DNA of 63,883 nucleotides, the filler included, from Octopus bimaculoides (lineage: Eukaryota), in the NCBI RefSeq assembly GCF_001194135.2. It is 7 parts of 7 records of this genome, joined end to end, with 100 filler letters (N's around TTAATTAATTAA, not from the genome) between each part and the next. Parts side by side here need not be neighbours in the genome. Positions count along the whole stretch, not along the records: positions 1 to 8,970 come from NC_068982.1; positions 9,071 to 16,265 come from NC_068992.1; 5 more parts are not named here. The stretch is one strand, 5' to 3'. Below the pieces are notes generated by a model. It was not told the DNA's origin, made no database searches, and saw nothing but the letters and a program-made list of their open reading frames with translations. The position numbers and the translations under genes are program-made. Below, piece by piece: positions 1-10,402 of this stretch. Numbering within the stretch: the first letter of the stretch is position 1; the number at the start of each line of letters is the position of its first letter.

Positions 1-150
1 AACATTTACAAAATTTTACTCTAAAGTGGTAGCAACACATTTCAGCATCTCTTCATTCTGTAGATGAGGCCATGAAGCTCTAGAAAGTAATTGAAAGGAA
101 ATTCTATGAAAATATGAAAACGAACTTGATAAAAAAATATGTGCCATATA

Positions 151-417
151 AAAAGCACCCATGCAGGTGTCACGTAAAAAGCAAACATGCTGCTGCCATG
201 TTAGACCTACCCATGATGGAGTCACATAAAAAGTACCTGCGCTGGTGCCTCGTAAAAAGCACTGAGTACATTCTGTAAAGTGGTTGGCATTAGGAAGGGC
301 ATCTAGCTTTAGAAATCATGCTAAAACAAACAACTGAAGTCTGGTGCAGTTCTTCAGATTGCCAGCTTCTGTCAAACCATTCAACACATGCCAGCATGGA
401 AAACGGATTTTAAATGA
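151..417 (+). mobile_element. Dispersed retroelement fragment (SINE/LINE 3' part with RTE-like tail), diverged
   Basis: GTTGGCATTAGGAAGGGCATC...CATGCCAGCATGGAAAACGG matches the reverse complement of the better-preserved copy at 1303-1469. Boundaries approximate. Confidence 0.75.
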
Positions 418-1302
418 CTTGTTGAGTTTATTTCTTCAGATTTTCTGTAGAAATTATAGTCAGCCGTGATTTTGTTCCAACATTTCTTATCTGAGATGCC
501 TTATGTAAACAACAACATTGAGACCAAAGATGAAAATGGGTAATGGGCATATATGAAATATTTCAGTAATTTTTCCTCCTTCATCAGCACCCATCCAACC
601 CATAAATCATCCATGAACAAATTGATTAAATAGCCACTAAATATAGCAGTGTAACTTTACACAATACACCAATTTTACATATTAAAAAACATTCATGGAA
701 ACTGGTGCGTAAATATTAATGATGTGTTATTAATGTCATAACAAAATTAGTGGTGGCTATATTTTCCGTACGAAATCTGTAGAGATAACTTTAACAAGTG
801 ATGCAATAGCACTGTTAACACAGCAGAACGGAGACTTATAAAAACATCAGATATAATTTCTACTATATCATGGTTACATAATGAAATACAATGTCCCTAC
901 ACATCATTAATATGGACGTTAAATGATTATATATATAACACACGCCAGCTTAATCTAATTCATCTTTAGTCGAAAGACATCTGTTGTTGTGTCCTGCTAT
1001 TTGTACTTGTATAACATTCTCCATTTTTTACCATCCTTGTTTTTGTATACATTCGCTGCTTTCTTCCAAGGAATCTAATACTCTTAGCTTAGTTTTTCTT
1101 TGGGGCTGGCCAGATTGGAGCAATGTCGAGTATAACCAGGCGAAATTGCAAAAATAATCTGGAACTCAACTGAGGAAAGAAGACTCTGAATGACCCATCC
1201 TTGTTTTCTTTGTATTGTCTATCTGGATGTTCTATTGTCCTTTTTTTGTATCACCTAAGTGTCTGGATGTTTTGCATTCTTGTCCCATTTTGTATATATA
1301 TA

Positions 1303-1469
1303 TCATCATCATCATCATCATCATCATCATCGTTTAACGTCCGCTTTCCATGCTAGCATGGGTTGGACGACTTGACTGAGGACTGGTGAAACCAGATGGC
1401 AACACCAGGCTCCAATCTAAATTTGGCAGAGTTTCTACAGTTGGATGCCCTTCCTAACGCCAACCACTC
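1303..1469 (-). mobile_element. Retroelement 3' end with (GAT)n tail (RTE-tail SINE/LINE)
   Basis: (CAT)n run followed by CGTTTAACGTCCGCTTTCCATGCTAGCATGGGTTGGACG...GATGCCCTTCCTAACGCCAACCAC; same family as 151-417. The RTE-type assignment is inferred from the simple-repeat tail. Confidence 0.8.
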
Positions 1470-1560
1470 AAGGTTAAAAAAAACACAAAAAACAATAACA
1501 AAAAAGTGAGGACGTGATACGGATAGTGTTATTGAACGCCCCGGAAAGGAAAGAGAGAGA

Positions 1561-1596
1561 GTATGACGTTTCGGGCGGAGCCCTTCGTCGGAAAGA
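1561..1596 (-). ncRNA. Hammerhead-ribozyme-like motif (variant core, stem I disrupted)
   Basis: Minus strand TCTTT-CCGACGA-A-GGGC-TCC-GCCC-GAAAC-GTC-ATAC has the CUGANGA-like / stem II / GAAAC / GUC layout. The core reads CCGACGA and stem I does not pair. Confidence 0.4.
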
Positions 1597-2436
1597 CGGA
1601 AAGTCCAAAGAATGGAAAAACGGAGGAAGAGNNNNNNNNNNNNNNNNNNNNNNNNNNNNNNNNNNNNNNNNNNNNNNNNNNNNNNNNNNNNNNNNNNNNN
1701 NNNNNNNNNNNNNNNNNNNNNNNNNNNNNNNNNNNNNNNNNNNNNNNNNNNNNNNNNNNNNNNNNNNNNNNNNNNNNNNNNNNNNNNNNNNNNNNNNNNN
1801 NNNNNNNNNNNNNNNNNNNNNNNNNNNNNNNNNNNNNNNNNNNNNNNNNNNNNNNNNNNNNNNNNNNNNNNNNNNNNNNNNNNNNNNNNNNNNNNNNNNN
1901 NNNNNNNNNNNNNNNNNNNNNNNNNNNNNNNNNNNNNNNNNNNNNNNNNNNNNNNNNNNNNNNNNNNNNNNNNNNNNNNNNNNNNNNNNNNNNNNNNNNN
2001 NNNNNNNNNNNNNNNNNNNNNNNNNNNNNNNNNNNNNNNNNNNNNNNNNNNNNNNNNNNNNNNNNNNNNNNNNNNNNNNNNNNNNNNNNNNNNNNNNNNN
2101 NNNNNNNNNNNNNNNNNNNNNNNNNNNNNNNNNNNNNNNNNNNNNNNNNNNNNNNNNNNNNNNNNNNNNNNNNNNNNNNNNNNNNNNNNNNNNNNNNNNN
2201 NNNNNNNNNNNNNNNNNNNNNNNNNNNNNNNNNNNNNNNNNNNNNNNNNNNNNNNNNNNNNNNNNNNNNNNNNNNNNNNNNNNNNNNNNNNNNNNNNNNN
2301 NNNNNNNNNNNNNNNNNNNNNNNNNNNNNNNNNNNNNNNNNNNNNNNNNNNNNNNNNNNNNNNNNNNNNNNNNNNNNNNNNNNNNNNNNNNNNNNNNNNN
2401 NNNNNNNNNNNNNNNNNNNNNNNNNNNNNNNNNNNN

Positions 2437-2485
<49 letters not shown>

Positions 2486-2546
2486 TTATTTATATATATA
2501 TTATCTGAAATGTATAGTATTAAATATCCATTCCAGCACACCTTAC

Positions 2547-2618
2547 TGTTTGGTTTCACATAAATAATACAATGGAGGTACGAATCCGATTATATAACTT
2601 TATGCTCATCAGAGTTAG
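2547..2618 (-). other. Candidate 72-nt exon (stop in all three frames; terminal or UTR exon)
   Basis: Acceptor caattttcacctctgtttcag and donor gtaagg. The phase-1 reading gives xNSDEHKVI*. Confidence 0.35.
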
Positions 2619-3359
2619 CTGAAACAGAGGTGAAAATTGCAACCGATCTCTATTGTCGGAGGTGGATTAACACAACCAGTCAGTGGCTACTGTGCAAAAA
2701 ATGTGGTGAAACAAAAAAGGGGCCAGGGGATTAGGTTAGGAGTTATATCCCTTGGTTGGGTATGCTGTTAATCTGGCAAGAGTTATCTTGAAGTGGGGAA
2801 GATGTGTATTATTAATGTGGTGTTCCTGAGGCGAAAGAGTGTGTGATATGTGTAGTGGTGTCATACGCATAATTTTATCCGCAGGTGTAGGTATATATAG
2901 CTGTATTCGTCGGTCTGTTTTCTTTCTGTAATGTATAAAGTCATGGACGGTTTTTGTGTTAACATGTAGTGTGTAATGAGTGTGTGTATTGGTCCGTGCA
3001 TGTGTGGGTTTACAATTTTTGTGCAGGGATGTGTTGGGGATGGTGTGTGACAGTCTATTAGGGGTGTGTATGTGTACATAGGTGCATTGGTGTGTGCTTT
3101 GGTTAAACTCTTTTTGCTGAGCATTGGTGGAAAGTTGTTGGCAGATGGTCAGTGGTCAAGGCAGGAGACCTGCAGTTGCAGTCGTGGTACATACATACAT
3201 ACATACACACACATACATACAGACACATGTACATACATACATACATACATACATTCAAACGTACATACATATATTACACTTATACATATATATATATGCA
3301 TGTGTACTTGAGAAGATGTTTGCTTCCTAATCCCAGGTCAACATGTCCAAAGTAATTAC

Positions 3360-3419
3360 CGTTTCAAATTCTGTTGGTTCATCTTTGCTAGGTTTAGGAG
3401 TTGGAGTTGGGCTCCTTTG
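3360..3419 (-). CDS. Candidate 60-nt internal exon, copy A (phase 0: QRSPTPTPKPSKDEPTEFET), unknown gene
   Basis: Acceptor tttctgatcttatttaattttacag, donor gtaatt, length a multiple of 3, open in phases 0 and 2. A paralogous exon lies at 5729-5788. Confidence 0.55.
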
Positions 3420-3518
3420 CTGTAAAATTAAATAAGATCAGAAACATTATTGCATTAAAATAATAAATATTCAAAACAAATTATTTCTAATTTGTTAAAA
3501 GAACTCATGAATGTATAC

Positions 3519-3563
<45 letters not shown>

Positions 3564-3903
3564 TGATAAAGGTTAAAATACGAAAGTCATAATAGCNNNN
3601 NNNNNNNNNNNNNNNNNNNNNNNNNNNNNNNNNNNNNNNNNNNNNNNNNNNNNNNNNNNNNNNNNNNNNNNNNNNNNNNNNNNNNNNNNNNNNNNNNNNN
3701 NNNNNNNNNNNNNNNNNNNNNNNNNNNNNNNNNNNNNNNNNNNNNNNNNNNNNNNNNNNNNNNNNNNNNNNNNNNNNNNNNNNNNNNNNNNNNNNNNNNN
3801 NNNNNNNNNNNNNNNNNNNNNNNNNNNNNNNNNNNNNNNNNNNNNNNNNNNNNNNNNNNNNNAAATTATTTCTAATTTGTTAAAAGAACTCATGAATGTA
3901 TAC

Positions 3904-3948
<45 letters not shown>

Positions 3949-4171
3949 TGATAAAGGTTAAAATACGAAAGTCATAATAGCAACAATGTTTAGTCTCAAC
4001 ATTAAAATAAATACACTGCACTGAAAAGAATGGATAGGGCTGATCTGAAGGTACTGAATGTGAAATTGGGTTTATGTTCCTTTCACAGTAATGTAAACTA
4101 ACTGTGATAAATGAAAAGGTGAATACTGGAGAAAGTATATCCAACCTATATACACGTAGAAGAAACTGGTG

Positions 4172-4207
<36 letters not shown>

Positions 4208-5612
4208 CAGTGATGATGATGATGACGATGAAAATGATGATGATGTTTGAAAGTACTGAAGGTAGAAAAGGTAGTCAATATAGTGTTTATCTATTATTTT
4301 GATGCTAAAGATTCAATCTGTCGCTGCTTTGAGTTCTGTTATTAAATGACTTGATTATGGAATTATGGTATATGTATGTTCATAATTTCATGGTCTGCCA
4401 AGTTCAAGACTTTATGGAGTGTAGAGTAAACTGACAAATAATATCCAGGTTTTTTTTGAAGACGTATATCAGTCTGCACTTGCGATAGATGATGGTTTTG
4501 TGTTCCTTTAATGTAACATACAGTTTGCATAGAGTGAAGTATTTAACATGGTTTTCAGCATTTAATTGTGATGCTAGTATTTTCACTTTGTTGTTTATTA
4601 TATTAGTATTAGTGCACATTTCAATTATTGAGATTTTGGAATGTTCTATTTACTTAGTATATTTCGGAATTTGTGTAATGTATGACTATTTATTTTATTA
4701 GATTAATTCATTCTGTTTCTAAGTGAGCAAGCTTTTTGATTTGTGGAAGCATTTTTTTTTCTGAAGCCAATTTTATTGTACACTTCATACATAAGAAGTC
4801 ATTAACTTCATTCCTTTTATTAAATGTTTAGTTTTCTCCTGCAGACACTTTATATGAAGCTTTTATTATGTAATTGTTTATCATTCAGTGAGTAATTGAG
4901 AGAATACTACCCATATATAGCACAATACAATGTAAAGGTTAGCTACATATGCCTAGATAGTACAGACTAAAAAAAAAATCTTCCACTAAAAACAGAGTCT
5001 CACAAAGACCACTAACTTCTTCAGTCTGGACTCTATTGCAAAAATAATACAAAATGACTTTTTGATGAAAAATGCCAATTGAACTGTAGCTTTAAACATT
5101 ATATAGAGCTACAGTAAAACAGTAGCTGATATTGTTATGGCATATATAATGTTTACAGAGAACAGATTTAGATTATGCAGATTCTGGGTCACAATCAAAT
5201 CAACTTCACTGTCACAGTACTTCTGGCAGTACAACAGTAAATAAATAAACATACAATGGGATATTGTTGGTAAAGATAGACCACAGGATTCAGATAGTAA
5301 CATTTATACCAGAGAAAAATCCTCACAAAATAACAACATATAATACACGAAAAAGAACTGAACTTGTTATGATATCCACAGAAAAAAAAAAGAGTTCCTC
5401 TTCAGTGAATATGAAATATAATGTGTTTTCAATGTTATAATGATAAGTCTTTCCCTTGTAAAAATTTTGATATACTTTTACAAGAAATATGATGGCCCAG
5501 TTAATATGTTAAATTTAGCAGTTTTATCTATCATGATACATACATACACATACATACACACATATACACACATACATACATACATACATGCATACATAAA
5601 TACATACATACA

Positions 5613-5645
<33 letters not shown>

Positions 5646-5728
5646 TACACTTATACAAATATATATGCATGTGTACTTGAGAAGATGTTTGCTTCCTAAT
5701 CCCAGGCCAACATGTCCAAAGTAATTAC

Positions 5729-5788
5729 CGTTTCAAATTCTGTTGGTTCATCTTTTCTAGGTTTCGGAGTTGAAGTTGGTCTCCTTTG
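5729..5788 (-). CDS. Candidate 60-nt internal exon, copy B (phase 0: QRRPTSTPKPRKDEPTEFET), unknown gene
   Basis: Same AG/GT sites as copy A; 4 substitutions in 60 nt, no indel or stop in phases 0 and 2. Confidence 0.55.
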
Positions 5789-5884
5789 CTGTAAAATTAT
5801 ATAAAATCGGAAACATTGTATTAAAATAATAAATTTTCAAAACAAATTTTTTCTAATTTGTTAAAAGAACTCATGAATGTATAC

Positions 5885-5956
<72 letters not shown>

Positions 5957-6464
5957 CAAAACAAGCAACAAGAATATTCAAGGTTGCTGCAGTACAATCG
6001 TTTCATGTGACTCCATTTATTTAAACAATGCGAGCATTACATTAAATGTAAAATGCAGAGCAATATTCAGCTGCACAAAGATACAGAAAATTTCACTGAA
6101 ATTTGCTTTCAGTAGAAGGACATACTACTGTTGTAACTACATTTAAACAGTCCAAGTGGGAAGGAAGAATATAAAAAATCATTTTGTCTTAGCCAAAGCA
6201 AACGGGCTAGTAATTAATTCAAAGCAGAATTTTAACTGTCATTGATTTTATTTGTTTTTTCGTCTAGTGATTTAAAGCTTAAGAGGGCACCAGCCTTTTT
6301 CTTGTAAGGAAAAAGAAGGGATAAACAATATACATGGATATGGTTATAAAGATAGCACATTAGAAACTGAGTAAGAAAGTAATAGAAATGATCAACATAA
6401 ACCTAATAATAGAATTAATAATAGGAGAAATAATACTAATGTAAAAAATTGTAACAACAATAAT

Positions 6465-6827
6465 GTGAATATTAGTAATAATATAGAGGTTGTTGATAGT
6501 TCCACTAGTTGCAACTGTAGAAATAAGTCCCATTGTCCGTTATTAGGCCGATGTCGCACCCGTAATGTAGTTTACAAATGCACAATAAGTACTACAACCG
6601 ATAACTTTATTTATGTGGGATGTACGATTAATCTGAAACAGAGAATATATAATCACATGTCGTCTTTTAGACTAAAACACAAGGCAAATAGTATGTCATT
6701 AGCTAATAAAATTTGGGAGTTAAAGGAAAGTGGTATTAGTTTTAGCCTTAAATGGGAAATTATAAGAAAAGTCCAACCTTATAGAAATAGCAGATATGGA
6801 TGTGAATTATGTTCTATGGAAACATGA
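6465..6827 (+). pseudogene. GIY-YIG endonuclease domain of a Penelope-like retroelement (truncated)
   Basis: CNCRNKSHCPLLGRC-..VVYKC-..FIYVGCT-..LKQRIYNH-..KWEII-..CELC: the Cys-rich lead-in, two GIY-YIG beta motifs, catalytic R and C-terminal CxxC typical of PLE endonucleases. No RT seen upstream; stops follow. Confidence 0.85.
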
Positions 6828-7509
6828 AATTTTTAAACTTAGAAACAACTCTAACCTGATTAATAATAGATTAGACCGTAGAGTATTGTGTGTACACTGT
6901 TCTACTCGCACTTTTAAATACTTTAAAAAGTAGTAATCTTAAGAAAGTTGATATTTCAACATCTACTATGTTCATCTTAGGCTATTAATTAGCACATATT
7001 TAAATTGAAATTGAACTTTTATAATATATGTTTTTGATCTCTTACCTTATAATCTTCCTGTGATAACTAAAATTTCAACTTTATCCTTGGATAGGATATT
7101 CTTTCACATCACTTCTGCTATTGCTGTTAGTTCTTAGTATGTATCTTACTTATTTCTACTCTATCTAACTTAAAAGAATAGGATGTTTTGAAAGTTCTTA
7201 ATAGTTTTTAATTAGTTCTTAAACCTTGTAAATTTCATTTTATTTAATGCCTGACTCTAAAAGATCCTTATTATTCCATTATTTCATGGTTGGTAGTGGT
7301 ATTGTTACTGTTATTCTATAGTTTTGACTTAAATAAATCTAATCCTTGCTCCAGTATTATTCTGAACTTGGCCCATGTTAGATAACACAAGTTCCTGATT
7401 ATGTAGGATAGTGTAATTAAACTAGTACATAATTATCAAGTTTTCTATTAATTGTTTTGGACTACTATTGAATTCTTTGTTAATTCCAACCATTTTTTTT
7501 TATTAGTTC

Positions 7510-8015
7510 CTTTAACCTTGATAAGCCCGTTATTATAAACTATGTAAATCCTATATATTAATTCTTTACATTAGTTATAAAATAAATTCTATCTCTTATG
7601 TGTCCTTTTAATGATATTAGATATAAAAGTTTTTAATTTTCACCATTATAATTCTAAGTTAATTCAAATCATTCACTTTACCAGTTTCTTAAACCTTGAT
7701 GAGCCCATCATTGTAAAAATCATTATAAACTATGTAAATCCTTATGTATCAATTCTTTACATTAGTTATAAAATAAATTTATATCTTATGTGTCCATTAA
7801 ATATGATATTAGATATATAATTTTCACCATTATATTCTATGTTAATTTCAATCCTTCATTTTACCAGTTTCTTAAAGCTTAATGAGTCCATCATTATAAA
7901 CCAATTATAAACCATTATAGACCATATAAATCTTATGTATCAATTCTTTTATAGTAGGTATAAAACAGATTTTACCTCTCATGTGCCTTTCAAATAATAT
8001 TAGATATATTAGCTT
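7510..8015. repeat. Diverged tandem repeat, ~180-190-bp unit, ~2.7 copies
   Basis: AACCTTGATRAGCCC...TATAAACTATGTAAATCC...ATTCTTTACATTAGTTATAAAATAAATT recurs near 7513, 7692 and 7875. Confidence 0.8.
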
Positions 8016-9014
8016 TAATTTTAATTTTAAAATAATTTAAAATAGTTTTTAGTCCAATATATATAAAAAAAATTTTTTTACTCCACATCTTATCTATGGC
8101 TCATTTTTAACTTCACATCTTATCTATGGTTCTTTAACTATTGGTTCTTTATACTGATATAAATTAGTCTAAATGTACTTTACCAAAGCTTTTAAATTAA
8201 CTCTACATGGTTTTTTGCATACTAAATGTATTGACTAATTACATCACTATTCTTAACATAATAATTAAGCTAATATTGGTATCTCAAAGTTTCCATACTT
8301 AGTATATGTAAAATAATACTGATACATTATTCTGATTCATGAAAAGTCCTGTTGACCTAGATACCTTAGGTTAAAACTTCCCCTGCTATATTATAAACTG
8401 GTCTGATAGTAGAACCCCCTGAGCAACCTATAATAGTGTTATCACTAAGACCAAATGAATCTTTATAATCATATCCATGTATATTGTTTACCCCTTCCCT
8501 TTCCTTATAAGAAAAAGGCTGGTGCCCTTTTAAGATTTAAATCACTAGACAAAAAAACAAGTAAAATCAATGACAGTTAAAATTCTGCTTTGAATTAATT
8601 ACTAGCCCGTTTGCTTTGGCTAAGTCAAAATGGTTTTTTATATTCTTCCTTCCCACTTGGATTGATTAAATGTAGTTACAACAGGAATATGTCCTTCTAC
8701 TGAAAGAAAATTTCATTGAAATTTTCTGTATCTTTGTGCAGCTGAATATTGCTCTGCATTTTACATTTAATGTAATGCTCGCATTGCTTAAATATATGGA
8801 TTCGCATGAAACGATTGTACTGCAGTAACCTTGAATATCCTTGTTGCTTATTTTGATTTTTGATCACCTTATTTTTTGGAATTGTTTGGATAATACCATA
8901 CTAAATTCTGGTGCCTAAACTTAAGTACCATATTCATTTTGAATCTATATATATATATATATATATATATNNNNNNNNNNNNNNNNNNNNNNNNNNNNNN
9001 NNNNNNNNNNNNNN

Positions 9015-9026
9015 TTAATTAATTAA
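9015..9026. other. Artificial scaffold linker TTAATTAATTAA inside a 100-bp N spacer (also near 16310, 45447, 54289, 57787, 62237)
   Basis: Identical 12-mer centred in equal-length N runs six times; contains stop codons in all six frames. Confidence 0.95.
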
Positions 9027-9174
9027 NNNNNNNNNNNNNNNNNNNNNNNNNNNNNNNNNNNNNNNNNNNNTGTTTCCTCATAACTTCGAGAAAAAGTTTT
9101 CCCCAGGGGTGTTGAGCGGAATTTCGGAAAATTCGCACGAATCGGCTTTGGATATTTTTCAATGGAAGTATTTC

Positions 9175-9508
9175 ACATGGTTCCGGGTTCAGTCCCACTG
9201 CGTGGCACCTTGGGCAAGTGTCTTCTACAATAGCCTCGGGCTGACCAAGGCTTTGTGAGGGGATTTGGTAGACAGAAATTGAAAGAAGCTCGTCGTATAT
9301 GTGTGTGTGTATGTGTATGAGTGTCCCTCCACCATCGCTTGACGGCCGATGTTGCAGTGTTTACGTCCCCGTAATTCAGTGGTTCTGCAAAAGAGAACCG
9401 ATAGAATAAGTACTAGGCTTACAAAGAATAAGTCCTGGGGGTCGATTTGTTCGACTAAAGGCGGTGCTCCAGCATTGCCGCAGTCAAATGAATGAAACAA
9501 ATAAAGGA
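9175..9508 (+). mobile_element. tRNA-derived SINE, family A
   Basis: GGTTCAGTCCCACTGCGTGGCACCTTGGGCAAGTGTCTTC...GACTAAAGGCGGTGCTCCAGCA..GCAGTCAAATGA; several copies in the window. Confidence 0.85.
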
Positions 9509-9740
9509 ATAAAAGAACATACCATTCAGGGTATGAAGGTAACGATTATATCAGAATTTGATTTGAAAAAAGAAAAACAAAACCTGGTGGTCTTGCACAC
9601 ATCCATACTGATACACATCACGTATATCGACCAAATGCAACTGGAAATTTCGAGAACAAAAATGTGATGTTTATCAGTATGTATTTAGCAGGTATATACA
9701 AGTCCTCGCAGGCATGCCTATACAAATGTGCCACGCTCAC

Positions 9741-9779
9741 CATTTTTTGCTGTTCCGATATAATCGTAATCTACAGAGT
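9741..9779 (-). CDS. Candidate 39-nt exon (phase 1: xDSVDYDYIGTAKN)
   Basis: Acceptor ttttctacgcatacctttcag, donor gtgagc, symmetric length, open in phases 1 and 2. The first residue D assumes G from the upstream exon. Confidence 0.5.
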
Positions 9780-9884
9780 CTGAAAGGTATGCGTAGAAAA
9801 TTTCATTGAAAGATACCCATTTTTCTGAAAGTTGTAAGGAAACAAAGCAGACTCATGTAAGTTTTCTGAAACTCTTCTCTCCAC

Positions 9885-9938
9885 CTCTGGAACAATACTT
9901 TCCACAAGAAATTTCTATATAATTGTAATTCAAACCAT
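9885..9938 (-). CDS. Candidate 54-nt exon (phase 1: xDGLNYNYIEISCGKYCSR), paralog of 9741-9779
   Basis: Acceptor ttttctattaacacccttcag lies within a 159-bp-period local duplication; the donor gtggag is weak. Confidence 0.35.
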
Positions 9939-10348
9939 CTGAAGGGTGTTAATAGAAAATTTCATTCAAAAATATCTATTTTTCTGGAAGTTATGAGAAA
10001 ACAAAGTTGATGTGACGGGCACGTATTGTTATTATGGTGTAACTCTATATTCGGAAAAGCTTTTCTCAATAACTTTAAATACATGGAATATTTCCATGAA
10101 ATGTATTTTTCATTGTTTCCAAACAAAGATCTGTTCCACTTTCTGATGTTATTTCTTCCTAAATACGAATTAATTTTCAATTTGAAGCGTATTCAAATTG
10201 TCAATCAATGGATTATATTTGTGCTATTATCAATGACTTAATACCATGGCTTCATTCTAAAAGCAATCCAGTCTAGCAAACACGGCCGAGAAACTCATTT
10301 ATATATGATAATGTCACTTAAACGTCAGTATGTCCAAGTCTCTCTCAC

Positions 10349-10402
10349 CGCTGAAGATTTTGCCTTCGTTGTTGGGTCAAGGCTAAGTTAATCTCATGGA
10401 AT
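10349..10402 (-). CDS. Candidate 54-nt exon (open only in phase 2: FHEINLALTQQRRQNLQ)
   Basis: Acceptor gcttcttattacag, donor gtgaga, length a multiple of 3. Confidence 0.35.

Larger units (their letters stand above)
5953..8859 (+). mobile_element. Penelope-like element remnant bounded by ~400-bp inverted repeats
   Basis: 5953-6353 is the reverse complement of 8459-8859 (roughly 94% identity by eye). Internal GIY-YIG ORF fragment; left end abuts (TA)n. Confidence 0.75.

Noticed and set aside
1514-2567. Long ORFs made mostly of X (and all similar gap-spanning ORFs)
   Set aside because: They are open only because N runs contain no stop codons.
3478-3983. Apparent third copy of the duplicated unit after the gap
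   Set aside because: 3863-3983 repeats 3478-3596 exactly apart from (TA)n length, the signature of an unmerged contig overlap.
4843-4871. Plus-strand acceptors followed by short Tyr-containing peptides (xDTLYEAFIM*; also xDRSEYFDIS* near 11291)
   Set aside because: Single splice site only; such peptides are common by chance in AT-rich DNA.
5109-5303. 64-aa ORF with a possible acceptor before KYCDSEVDL and a hydrophobic C-terminus
   Set aside because: No good donor and no recognisable domain; hydrophobic bias is expected from the base composition.
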